NCBI RefSeq assembly: GCF_018350175.1
Contig: NC_058368.1
Coordinates: 64,792,001 to 64,856,000, forward strand
Direction of reading: 5' to 3'
DNA from: Felis catus
Lineage: Eukaryota
Length of the DNA stretch: 64,000 bases
The notes under the pieces are model-generated. The model was given only the letters and a program-made list of their open reading frames with translations, was not told where the DNA came from and did no database searches. How positions within the stretch are numbered: position 1 is the first letter of the stretch; the number at the start of each line of letters is the position of its first letter. Below, in pieces: positions 1-12,500 of this stretch. The position numbers were made by a program, and so were the translations under genes.

Positions 1-470
1 GGGGTTGGGGGTCCAGTGGAAACTCTGAAGCTGATTCCAGGAATGATTGGTTGTCCCCAAACATTGTTTATTCATGGTCTAGGGGTCTTTCCTGGGGGAG
101 ACAAATTTATGTAAAGTGTTTTCTTTAAATGTCTCGCCAACTTGTATTTTGAATATTTAATTCTAGAACCATTTAAGACCCATCTGTCAGTGCTGTTCGT
201 CTTTTTTTTTTCATCCTGCTAAATTCTAAGTCTCCATTTAGATTTCTCATTCTTTCTCTCTAAAGTTGAACTAGCAATGAAAAGATGGCGAATTCCTTTG
301 TAGGTATGTCCCTAGGATTACATAGAGCCTAGTTAGCAAAAATGGACCATAACAAGTTAACAAAAAATCTACCCGGAATTCAAGGCGAAATATTAGCCTG
401 TCCTCCCAGGTATCCAGAGCTGTGTCTACTGTCTACCAGCCCTCACTTTTTCTTTTTGTTTTCTCCTAAG

Positions 471-623
471 GATCAGATCTCACTTTTTCAAATACTTTTG
501 ATGCTCTGCAGCTCTACATACAGGAACACACTTTCATCTGTTCCATCTTGCAGTCCGGAAGCAGCAACATGACTACCTGTTAAGGCAAAAAGGCTGCTCC
601 TTGGTCTGATCTGCATTTTTCAG
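471..623 (+). other. Candidate spliced exon (lncRNA, UTR or micro-ORF exon)
   Basis: Branch-like CTCAC at 442-446, a pyrimidine-rich tract, AG at 469-470, and donor CAG|GTAACT at 623/624. All three frames contain stops. Confidence 0.4.
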
Positions 624-1366
624 GTAACTTTCTAGGCAGCCTATAATCCATCAGTCTGCCCCTCAGTAAATCTCAGAAAAAGAACACCTATAAGCCTAGT
701 GCAGGGGTGTTCTGAAGTTTGACTAGTATTTTAGAGTGTTGCAGATCCCAAGATGAAAGCAGTAAGGAAGTTGAAAAAATAGTATTATTTATTCAACAGA
801 CTTGCCAGAAATCTCAGATCTTCCCTAGTCACTACATTCTGTCCTGTACATATAATATAAAACTCTCCATGAAAGCAGAGCTGAGTCCTCAGTGAGAACA
901 TTCAGAAACAAACAAGACCAGCCTCCAGGGGGAAGGCCTTGTAATACATGCTTTTTTCTCTTCTCCTATAATCACCTGAGATAGTGCTGAGATCTGAGTA
1001 GGTGCTCAACAAAGGCGCTCACTAAAATTATTCTGTAAAAGTATTTATAATTCAAAGAAAGGCTCATTACTCTCTTTGGAGGCACTTTCAGTGACAGTGA
1101 AACCACTTGACTATTACTACTTTAGAATCTGTGAGTATTCATCATTCTACCTTTCTACCTTTCCAGCTTTTATTTTCCATGTTTAATCACTTTTTCTCCC
1201 TCTGACTGAACGTATATCTTACTTTTCTTTATATTGGAAAGTTCATTTGCACATTCAGTGTAAAACATATTCCTTCAACCATTAGTTAATAGCTACTAGG
1301 GTCTACCATTTGTCTTAGCTACTAAGACAAAAAATATATTTTTACATGTAGGTGTATATGTTATAA

Positions 1367-1487
1367 ATATATATATATATTATATAACATATATAATATA
1401 TATATTATATATAACATATATAATATATATATTATATATAACATATATATATAATATATATATAGAGAGAGAGAGAGGGAGAGAGAG
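1367..1487. repeat. AT-rich minisatellite (27-bp unit x3) followed by (GA)n
   Basis: Unit atatatattatatataacatatataat is tandemly repeated, then gagagagagagagagggagagagag. Confidence 0.9.
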
Positions 1488-1547
1488 CTAAATATATCTA
1501 TGTAACTATATAGATGTATCTATCAATAGAAAAAGAGAGACATTCTC

Positions 1548-2051
1548 TTCTATAATTTAGGATTGTTGTAACAAGGAACAGACAACTGTACTGAAAGTAT
1601 CTTTATCCCAATGAAAATGACTTATTGTATACAATAGGTAAATCCATGTTGGCTAACTTTTGAGGATCATTGACTCAGTGGCCCAGGGGCACTATCTAAT
1701 GCCTAGTCTCTTTCAATTACCCTCAAAGTTTCAACTGCTTTTTTCATCAGCAAGAAATGGCCCCCCAGCTCCAGACTTCATAGTTGCACTAAAAAACATC
1801 TAAATGGGTAAAAGAGAAGATGTCCCTTTTGGTATTAAGGGTGAGATAAAATAGCTTCAAAAGTTCCATTATATGCCTCCTCACATCAAAATCACATCCC
1901 ACAGCAGGATTAGCTCAGTGAATTTATGATTCTATCCTGGATCTGTGGAGATTCCCAGCCTCCTCTCTAGCCCATGGCTACCTGATGTAAAAGCAAAGGT
2001 GGCCATCTATTAATGGAAGAAGGAAAAGCTTGTAGGTAGCAAGGATGTGAC
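1548..2051 (-). mobile_element. Degenerate MaLR LTR (MLT1K/L-like)
   Basis: Recalled MLT1 motifs: aaatggccccccagctccagacttcatag; gaagaaggaaaagcttgtaggtagcaa near the end. Confidence 0.5.
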
Positions 2052-2113
2052 ATTTATTACAAAGATTATTAAGGAAGGCTTATAAAATTGAAAGAAGCTG
2101 AAATAAAGTGTTC

Positions 2114-2694
2114 TGTATCAATCAGAATACAGTCAGAAGAACTGAAACCTTGGTAGGTATTTCAAATACAGAATTGGCCATCAGATTACAGAAAGCTGAA
2201 ATAACAAGGAGAGGATGCTAAAATAGTCCAAGAATTCAGAACTGCAGTAAGTAGTGGCCACACTAGAGGCAGGGGAACAAAAGAGAGAAGTCAGTGTTAC
2301 CAGAGCATAGCACAAGGGGGGACTCATCACAACTGGTACTAGAAAACCTTAAGGTGATGCCATCATGCAGCTGGTGCTCAAACCACCCGGGGATCATTGT
2401 GAGTTGGTGCAGGTGCCTCTGAGAAGTCACTAAGGCTGGTGCTCAGTGGGTCAAAAGAAGCAAATGGCTGAAGCTGTAGTTGTCCTCTGTTGCCTTAAGG
2501 TGCTGACGTGAAGTACAAACAGAAAACCTCCCTTCTGCCATCCTGCTACCTTCCTAACTCCCTCTCGTGCTTCCCACTAAGAGGAAGCCAGCTGGCAGGG
2601 GAGTTGGAGAAGTGTTTGTGGGCTCAGGAACACACAACAGAATATAGGGTGGTGGACTGTGGCTCCAAGGGACAATATGTGACTTAATACTACA
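2114..2694. mobile_element. Ancient LTR relic (LTR78/LTR50-like)
   Basis: Starts TGTATCAATCAG and ends TACA. Internal ggaagccagctggcaggggag and acagaatatagggtggtgga resemble old ERV LTRs. No clean TSD. Confidence 0.5.
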
Positions 2695-2725
2695 GCATCC
2701 TGACATCTTGAAACACTTTGAAATA

Positions 2726-2728
<3 letters not shown>

Positions 2729-2778
<50 letters not shown>
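2729..2778. repeat. (TG)n microsatellite
   Basis: Perfect dinucleotide run. Confidence 0.98.
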
Positions 2779-2781
<3 letters not shown>

Positions 2782-2894
2782 TAATTATACTGGTAAAGGT
2801 CTGTGTGTTTAACCTTGTGCTTTTTTCTACCTAACTATACTATGTCTCACCATAACAGCAAATGATGTTTTAAAGACTTTTCTGACCTTCCTTA

Positions 2895-3080
2895 ACTCTA
2901 GTACCTACTGGAGAAATGATTTAGGACAAGTGGTTAGCCATGATGAGCATCTGTTTTCCCATCTGTAAAATGGAGATAATGATAGGCCTCAAAAGTTTGT
3001 TTTGAAGATGGAATAAGATTATTAAAAGATTCTCTCTTTGAGCTAATCACATGTAAGTTGCTCAGTTGATAATTGTTAAT
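2895..3080 (+). mobile_element. MIR SINE
   Basis: MIR core ctgttttccccatctgtaaaatggagataatga. Confidence 0.8.
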
Positions 3081-4065
3081 TATTAGTATTAGTTTTATGG
3101 TTCCCTCAATCCCAATTTATCCAATGAAAATCCTTGTCCTAGTCAATCACTTTTCATATGCACAATTCAGACACCTTATGCAAGGTTACCTTTGTAATTG
3201 GGTATCATTCTGCCTTAAATTATTCACTTGCTTATTTACTACCTATTTTCCTTGAGGATAGACTATCTTCTCATTTATTTTGCACAGTGCTTCACATATA
3301 ATAGAACTATAATCAATAAAAATTTGAAAAAGTTTAAAAGTTCAAATGAATTATGGTGAATATATGATATGTATGTGAATACACTCTATGTAAAGTTTAT
3401 ATTTATAAAGAGGAGAGAAAGTATACCTTTCTACAGAACACTGTGTGATTTTTTTATGGGAGGTGTTGTCCTCATATTGTATAAATGAAAAATACACAGA
3501 AGGCTAATGATACAAAGAGAACTACTACAGTATTTCTGTATCAAGAATTTCTTGAACAGGTGATGTCATGATTACCTATTGTGGTCAATTGATCTTGAAT
3601 GGGCAGAATTCATGAAGATAACAAAAAGAGACTGGGAAGATTATTGGAAGTGGGCTAATTGGCATGGGAAAAGTTGGTAGACGTGCTAGAAATAAGTATA
3701 TTCTATCATCTCTGAGGCAACTCATACGGGGGAGATAAGTGTTTCCAAACTGAAGTAAGGTTTAAAAGGGCAGTGCTTTATCCTGTAGGCAATTGAGAGT
3801 AACATAAATAAGTAGTATTTAAAGGCAAATAAATGGTTCTCTGTGCAGGCATATTAGAAATAGATGACACCGGAGGCAGAGAGGAGTTAAGGAGGATGTT
3901 GAAACAGTCTTAAAGTGCTAGGAGGCTGAAGTAAATACATTGTAAAGTCATTGCCATAGCACATAGGATAGCGCTGTTTATTGGAAGATGCCTTAGTGAG
4001 AAAATCTGACAATCCACATTTAGCAGAGAGAAGGATGTCAGGATTAGTTATTAATAAGATTAGGT

Positions 4066-4466
4066 GAGACAAATGTTATATAGCATCACTTATATGAGGA
4101 ATCTAAAACAAACAAACAAATGAACAAACACACACACAAAAAAACAGAAACAGACTCATAAATTCAGAGAATGGATGGTTGCCAGAGAACGGAAGGGGTG
4201 GGAGATGGGCAGAGTAAACGAAGGAGATTATGTGGTACATGCTTGCAGTTGTAAAATAAGTAAGTCATGGAGATGAAAAGTACAGCATAGGGAATGTAGT
4301 CAATAATATTTTAATAATGCTATATGGTGATACATGGTGACTATACTTATTGTGATGAGCATTGAGTATTATCTAGAATGGTTAAATCACTATGTTGTAC
4401 ACTTGAAACTAATACAACATTGTATGTCAACTGTACTTCAGTAATAAATATTTTTTAAATAAAATA
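4066..4466 (+). mobile_element. 5'-truncated L1 3' end (L1MA9/L1_Carn-like)
   Basis: aaagtacagcatagggaatgtagtcaataatatt...tgttgtacacttgaaactaatacaacattgtatgtcaactgtacttca followed by an A-rich tail. Confidence 0.9.
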
Positions 4467-6465
4467 ACTAGGATTAGAACTTCAGAACTTTTACTTCTGG
4501 ATAGCTTAATTTGGCTCTAAATCCAGCACATTCTCTTCCAAACTCATTTTGTTAATCTCTGTAACCTTGTCCCTAAAACGCTACTCTTACCCAGTTTAAA
4601 AAAAAAAAAAGTATATTCATTTTTTTCATAAGCGCGCAAAATTCTAGCAGTTTTCAAAGACACTGTTACATTTGAAATAAGAAAAGCTGTTTTAACATGT
4701 CAAGGCATTTCTATTGCTTTGCAAGCTGGTGAACAATAGATTCTCTTATTTGTACTCTTTTCCTAGATTTTAGTGCTTTTTTGCTTTTCCATAATGAAGA
4801 ACCAACCGAAATACCTGATAGAATACCATGACAGCTTGAAAAGCTTTACTTTTGAATTAACAAATTCAGTTGATATCCCACAGTAGAAAAATAAAATTGT
4901 AAAAAAATTAGAAGGTATCCTCCTCTCAACTTAGAACTTAAAGACACTAGAGACCCCATTGAAAATATTTCATAGTGTGGAATTCTTAGAGAATGGACAT
5001 TAGAGTAACTTCAGAAAAAAAATTTTTAAATACTTTTATGAACAAAGTAGACTTAAACAAGAGAATGAGGGAGATTCTAATATTGGTATTTTCAATTTTT
5101 AAAAATTACAGTGTTTAAGTGTGGTCAAATAATTATTAATTACTGATATTTTCGTGTTCACATCTAGAAGGTAGAGTATAAACTATTTGCGTAAACTGTG
5201 TAAAGCCTTATTGAAGGAGATGACATATATTCCGATTGGAAAGTAAATATATAGTTTCACTATATAGGTGGTATGACTTTTTATGGAAAGCAACTATTCT
5301 CGTAGTTTCAGGAAACACACTGGAAAAAAGTAGACGTTCACACTTGAGGCCTCACATTCAAGCTTTGACATATTCCTCTCGCTGGCTTCATCTAATGCTT
5401 AAAACGAGTCCATTTAGTCACTGGCTTTAGAACTATGGGTCAAAGAGGTGCCTTTATCATAATGTGAATTTTTTCCTAGGACAGTTGGTCAAGTGGCCTT
5501 TGGGTTTTCCAACATGCTTGAAAGTTACCTGGCTACCCTGTGAGGAGTTTGCATTACTACAAAGCAGATAAAATTATGACAGTTCCCGTGATGAAACCAT
5601 AGTCATTGTGTTGAGTTAGAACAAAGACCAAATGTAATCTTTCCATGTTGCTGGGTAGTAATCAAACATCGGTAACATCAGAAGCTTATAGAATAACAGA
5701 TCACCATGCCACTAATCATTCGAAAACATTTTTAATTTCTAATGGGTTTTACGTCATCATGGTTTTATTCTCTTTTTCCTTTTGTTGAAGTTTTAAAATG
5801 TATTTCTACTTCAGGGTGTAGAAAGGAAAGAAATTAGAACTAAAAATAAAGGGCTTCTTCATAACCTCAAATTATTTCTTTTAGCACTACACTTTAGAGA
5901 GAAAATAACAGAAATTCAACATAACACTTTTGTGACACTTTGCTACCTGATCAAAAGATAGAAAAAGTAAAAAGCAATTAAATCAATTTGTATTCAGTGC
6001 ATGTATTCACCTATTTTTTATTAAAAAATGATATGATAAAAAACAACTCTAAGGTAATTATCCAGTTTTCATTATTATTATTATTATTATTATTGTTGTT
6101 GTTATTTTCATTTTATTTATATAAACCAGTATAAGCCATACCAGATACTTCATTTTTTATATTAGCATATATTTTTATTGAAGTATAATTAACATACAGT
6201 GTTATATTAGTTTTGGGTATATAATATAGTGATCAAAACATTTTTCACTGCTCATCATGGTAAGTGTACTCTTGATCCCCTTTATCTATTTCACTCTTCC
6301 CCCTAACCACCATCCCTCTGGCAACCATCAGTTCCCCATATAAGAGTCTGTTTTTCTATTTGTCTCTTTTTTCCTTTGTTCATTTGTTTTCCTTCCTAAA
6401 TTCCACTTAAGAGAGAAATCATATGTTATTTGTCTCTGACTGACTTATTCCACTTAGCATTAAAC

Positions 6466-6800
6466 CATATATATATGGTTTGTATATATATGTACATATG
6501 TATATGTATATATATATACATATGTATATACATATATGTATGTATATGTATACATATGTATATGTATATATATACATATGTATATACATATGTATATGTA
6601 TATATATATACATATGTATATACATATGTATATATACAATATACATATATATATATGTACATACATATATATACAAACCATATATATATGGTTTAATGCT
6701 AAGTTTGTATATATATATGTACATATATATATGTACATATATATACAAACCATATATATATGGTTTGTATATATATATGTACATACATATATATGGTATG

Positions 6801-6872
<72 letters not shown>
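6466..6872. repeat. Compound (TA)/(TATG)/(CA)/(TG) microsatellite with embedded palindromes, inside L1 ORF2
   Basis: Directly visible; source of the Y/I/C/M-rich spurious ORFs. Confidence 0.97.
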
Positions 6873-6874
<2 letters not shown>

Positions 6875-8260
6875 GTGCCAAGATTTGGAAACAACTCAAG
6901 TGTCCATCCAAGGATGAACGGTTATCACTTCTTTTTTATCCATTCTTCTTTGGATAGACACTTGGGCTGTTTTTGGATCTTGACCAATGTAAATAATGCT
7001 GCAACTAACATAAAAGTGCATATATGTTTTTGAATTAGTGGGGGATTTTTTGGTAAATGTTCAGTAGTGCAATTACTGGACCATACAGTAATTCATTTTT
7101 AATTTTTGAGGGACCTCCATAAGGTGGCTACATCTTGCATTCCTCCCAACAGTACACAAGAATTCCTTTTTCTCCACATCTTTGCCAACACTTGTTATTT
7201 TTTCTGTTTTTGATTTTAGCCAATCTGACATGTGCATGGTGATGTCTCACAGTGATTCTGATTTGCATTCCCCTGATGAGGAGCGATGCTGAGCATCTTT
7301 TCATGTGTCTGTTTGCCACCTGTATGTCTTTTTTGGAAAAATGTCTATTCAGATCTTCTGCCCATTTTGTAATCAGATTGTTTTTTTGTTACTGAGTTGT
7401 ATGAATTCTTGATATATTTTAAATATTAACCCCTTATCAGATGTATCATTTACAAATATCTTCTTCCATTGAGTAGGTTGTCTTGTTTTATTGATGATTT
7501 CATTTCCACTGTGCAAAAGCTTTTTATATTGGTGTGATCCCAATATTTTAATTTTGCTTTTGTTTCCCTTACCTGAGGAAACATATCTAGAAAAATGTTT
7601 CTATAACTCATGTCAAATAAATTATTGCCTCTGTTTGCTTCTAGGAGTTTTATGGTTTCAGGTCTCACATTTAAGTCTTTAATCCATTTTGAGTTTATTT
7701 TTTTGTGTCCACTTTTATTCTTTTACATGTAGCTATCCAGTTTTCCCAGCACCATTTGTTGAAGAAATCGTCTTTTCTCCATTATATATTCTTGCCTCTT
7801 TTGTCATAGATTAATTGATCATATACATGAGTTTATTTCTGATATCTCTGCTATTCATCTATGTGTCTATTTTTTTTCTGTCAGGACCATACTGTTTAGA
7901 ACACTGTAGCTTTGTAGTAAATCTTGAAACTTGGAATTGTGATACCTCCAACTTTTTTCATCTTTCTTAAGATTGCTTTGACTATTCAGGGTCTTTTGGA
8001 TTCCATACAAATCTTAAGATTATTTGTTATAGTTCTGTGAAAAATGTTGGTATTTTGATAGTGATTGTATTAAATCTGTGGATTGCTTTGGGTAATATGG
8101 ACATTTTAACAATGGTGATTATTCTAATACATGAACATGAACTATCTTTCTATTTGTATCATCTTCAATTATTTTCATCATTATAGTTATCAGAGTATAC
8201 TTCTTTCACTTCTTAAGTTTACTTCTAATTATTTTATTATTTTTGGTACAATTGTAAATG

Positions 8261-8407
8261 GGTTTATAAATTTTGTTGATCTTTTAAATGAAACAGCTCC
8301 TGATTTCATTGACCTGTTCTATTGTTTTTCTTTAGTTTCTATTTTGTTTATTTCTGCTCTAATGTTTATTATTTCCTCCCTTCTACTGGATTTGACTTTT
8401 GTTGATT
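8261..8407. repeat. Ectopic 147-bp direct duplicate of 9576-9722
   Basis: Same sequence 1315 bp apart with 3 mismatches (8318/9633, 8325/9640, 8368/9683). Confidence 0.95.
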
Positions 8408-9521
8408 TTTTTCTCTTTCTGCTACATCATTATTACTCTATAGACATGCAACAGATCTATATATTGATTTTGTATCCTGTGACCTTACTGAATTCATTTA
8501 TCAGTTCTAATAATTTTTTGATGGAATTTTACAGATTTCCATATATAGTATTGTGTCATCTGCGATACTGAACATTTCACAATAGTTCACAATAGTGAAT
8601 ATTTTATTTCTTCCTTACTGATTTCAATGCCTTTCATTTCCTTCTCTTATCTGATTTCTATGGGCAGGACTTCCAGTACTATGTTGAATAAAAGTGGTGA
8701 GAGCGAACACCCTCATCTTCTTTCTGATCTGAGAGGAAAAGTTACCAGTTTTCCCCGCTGAGCCTGATGTTAGTTCTTGGTTTTTTATATGTGGCCTGTA
8801 TTATGTTGAGGTATCTTCCTTCTAAATCTACTTTGTTGAGAGTTTTTATCATGGATATGTGTGTTTTACTTTGTCAAATGTTTTTTCTTTATCTTTTGAG
8901 GTCATCATATGGTTTTTATCTTTTGGCATGATGTATCATGTTAATTGCATTGTGATTAATGAACCATGCTTGCATCCCTGGAATAAATCCAACTTGATCA
9001 TGGTGGATGATTTTTTTAATGTGTTGTTGGATTTGGTTCATTAATATTTCATTGAAGATTTTTGCATCTATGTTCAACAGAGATATTGGCCTGTAGTTTT
9101 CTTTTTTGGTAGTGTTTTTATCTGGTTTTGGTATCAGGGTTATGCTGACCTCATAGAATGAATTTAGAAGCTTTCTTTTTTCTTCTATTTTTTGGAATAG
9201 TCTGAGAAGAATAGGTATTAACTCTTCTTGAAATGTTAGGTAAAATTCATCTGCAAAGACATTTGGTCCTAATTGTTAGTTTGTTGTGAGTTTTTTGATA
9301 ATGATTCAATTTCATTGCTGGTAATCTATCTGTTCAAATTATCTGTTTTTCCTGATTCAGTTTTTGAAGGTTATATATTTTTAGGAATTTAACCATTTGG
9401 GGTAGTTGTTTAATTTGTTGTCATATAATTTTTCATAGTATTGTCTTATACTCCTTTGTGTTTTTGAGGTGTTGTTTTTTATTTCTTCTCCTTCATTTCT
9501 AATTTTACTTATTTGAATCAT

Positions 9522-9526
<5 letters not shown>

Positions 9527-9559
<33 letters not shown>
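9527..9559. repeat. (CT)n microsatellite within L1
   Basis: Perfect run. Confidence 0.95.
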
Positions 9560-9562
<3 letters not shown>

Positions 9563-12500
9563 GAGCCTGTGAAAAGGTTTATAAATTTTGTTGATCTTTT
9601 AAATGAAACAGCTCCTGATTTCATTGACCTGTCCTATTGCTTTTCTTTAGTTTCTATTTTGTTTATTTCTGCTCTAATGTTTGTTATTTCCTCCCTTCTA
9701 CTGGATTTGACTTTTGTTGATTCTTCTTTATCTAGATCCTTGAGGTGTATTAGGTTGCTTATTTGAGATTTTTCTTATTTCTTGAGGTAGGCCTGTTTTG
9801 CTATAAACTTCCTGCTTAGAACATCCTTTGCTGTATCCCAAAGATTTTAGATAATGGTATTTTCATTTTCATTACCTCCATTTTATTCCTTCTTTGATTT
9901 CTTGATTGACACATTCATCTATTCATTTAGTAGCATGTTATTAAGCATGTTATTTAGCTTTCATGTATTTTGTATTTTTTCCAGATTTTTCTTCTGATTG
10001 ATTTCTAATTTCATATGGTTGTGGTCAGAAAAAATGCATAATGTGATTTCAATCTTTTTGCATTTTGTGCACTTGAAAATAATGTGTGTTCCACTGTTTT
10101 TAAATGGAATGTTCTGAATATATCTGACAGCTCCATCTATTCTAACGTGTCACTCAAAGCCACTGATTACTTACTGATTTTCTGTCTGGATGATCAATCT
10201 ATCTATGTAACTGGTATGTTAAAGTCCCCTACTATTATTGTATTGCCATAAATTTCTTTCTTTATGTCTGTTAATAGTAGCTTTATGTGTCTGGATGCTT
10301 CTATGTTGGATACATAAATATTTATAATTTTTATATCCTCTTGTTGGATTGTTCCCTTAATGATTATATTGTCCTTCTGTGTGTCTTCTTAGTCTTTGTT
10401 TTAAAGTCTGTTTTGTGCAGTATGAATATTGCTCATTGACCCCAGCTCATTTCACTTCCATTTGCATGCTAAATGTTTTTTCATCCCTTCACTTTCAGTC
10501 TGCATGTGTCTTTCATTCTGAAGTGACTCTCTTATAGGCAGCATATATATAGGGCCTGCTTTTTTTTTTTTTTTACCTGTTTAGTTATCCTATGTCTTTT
10601 GATTGGAGCATTTAGTATATTTACATTCAGAGTAATTATTGATAGGTAAGTACTTACTGCCATATTGTGCCTTGTTTTATAATTGTTTTTGTAACTTTTC
10701 TCTGTCTCTGCTTTATTTTGCTCTCTTGTGGTTTGACGGTTTTCTCTAGGGTTAATCTTGTACTCCTTTCTCTTTATTTTTTGTATATCTATTATAGGTT
10801 TTTGATTTGTGGTAACCATTAGGTTCATATATAACATTTTATGCATATAGTAGTATATATTAAGTTGATGATCACTTAATTTTGAACCCATTCAAAAACC
10901 AGAAAATTTTTCCCTCCCTCACGTTTTATGTACATGACGTCATACTTACGTCTTTTCATTTTGTGAATCATTTGACTCATTTTTAAATATACAATTGATT
11001 TTACTGCTTTTATACTTTAATCTCCATACTGGTTTTTCAAGTGATTATTCTACTTTTATTATATGTTGACATTGAACCTGTAATTTTTTTCTTTCATAAT
11101 TTCCTACTCCTCATTAATAGCCTTTCTTTCCACTCAAAGAGTTTCTTTAATGTTTCTTGTAAGGATTTTTTTTTTAGTGGTGATGAACTACATTAATTTT
11201 TATTTGTCTGGAAAATCTCTCCTATTCTGAATGATAACCTTGCTTGGTAGAGCATTTGGGGTTGCAGGGTTTTTTCTTTCAGCACTTTGAATATGTCATG
11301 CCACTCTCTTCAGGCCTGCAAAGTTTCTGCTGAAAAATCAGTTGGCAGCCTTATGGGGTTTCCCTTGTACGTAACACTTTTATTTTCTCTTGCAACTTCT
11401 AAAATTCTCTCTTGATCACTACTTTTTGCTGTTTTAATTATTATGTGTATTGTGTGCCTTGGTGTGGACCTCCTTGGTCTAATTTGTTGGGTTTTCTGTG
11501 CTTTCTGAATCTGGATGTCTGTTTTCTCGCCCGGATCAGGCAGTTTTAATCTATTCTTTCTTTAAATAAATTTTTACCTCTTTCTCCCTCTCTCCTCTCC
11601 TTCTGAGATCCCTACAATGTGGATGTTATTATGATTGATGTCAATGAGTTTCCTTAACCTGTCATTTTTTTTTTCTTTTTGCTGTTGAGCTTGGTTGCTG
11701 TTAGTCTGTCTTCCAATTAACTGATCCATTCTTCTGCCTCCTCTAATCTGCTATTAATACCCCCTGGTGTATTTTTAATTTCACTTTTTGAGTTATTCAT
11801 CTCTGACTTGTTCTTTTTTATGTCTTCTATCTCTTTGTTGAGGGTCTCACTGAGATCTTCCACATTTTCTCAAGTGTAATGAGTACCTTTATGACCATTA
11901 CTTTGAATTTTTATCAGTCCTATTACTTATCTCTGTTTCATTTAGATCTTTTTTCTGTGATTTTGTCCTGTTCTTTCATTTGGGACATATACTCTGTCTT
12001 CTCATTTTGTGTAACTCTCTATATTTCTACTTGTTAGGAAAGCCAGTTACATCTCTTGCACCTAAAAGTAGTGACCTTAGGAAGAAGAGGTATTGTACTG
12101 ACCTGCCCTGCAATGTCCCCTGTTCACCAGGACCTGGTGTTTCAGGGCTATCTCCTATGTGTATTGTATGTGAGCTACCCTTGTGACTGAGCCACGTTTG
12201 CCTTCAGTTCAGTTATCTCCAGTGGTTCTCTTTGCCTCTTGTGGATAGTGTTTGGTGCCTGTGTTGTTAGTGGACCAGTCTGAGGTGCTTTGGGCTTGAG
12301 TTGAGTCAGACCAGATGTGTGCTAGAGCTATGGTGTTACCAAACTACATGGCATTCTTTCTATGTGGTCCCCTGAGAAGCTTTTGTTGGTAGTGGGATCT
12401 ACAGTCAGACTCAATATCTACCCCCAGCCCACAGCTGGAGCCACAGTAGAACTGTATCTTCACCTCTCCCCAGGGCAGGAGTAACTTTGGAGTGGTGCTG

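Noticed and set aside
6419..7033. Cluster of long overlapping ORFs rich in Y/I/C/M/H/T
   Set aside because: Translations of the TA/TG microsatellite, which lacks stop codons; the same applies at 59917-60310.
8131..8571. Hydrophobic 146-aa ORF sharing a peptide with ORF 9569-9766
   Set aside because: Antisense reading of T-rich L1 ORF2; the shared peptide just reflects the 147-bp duplication.
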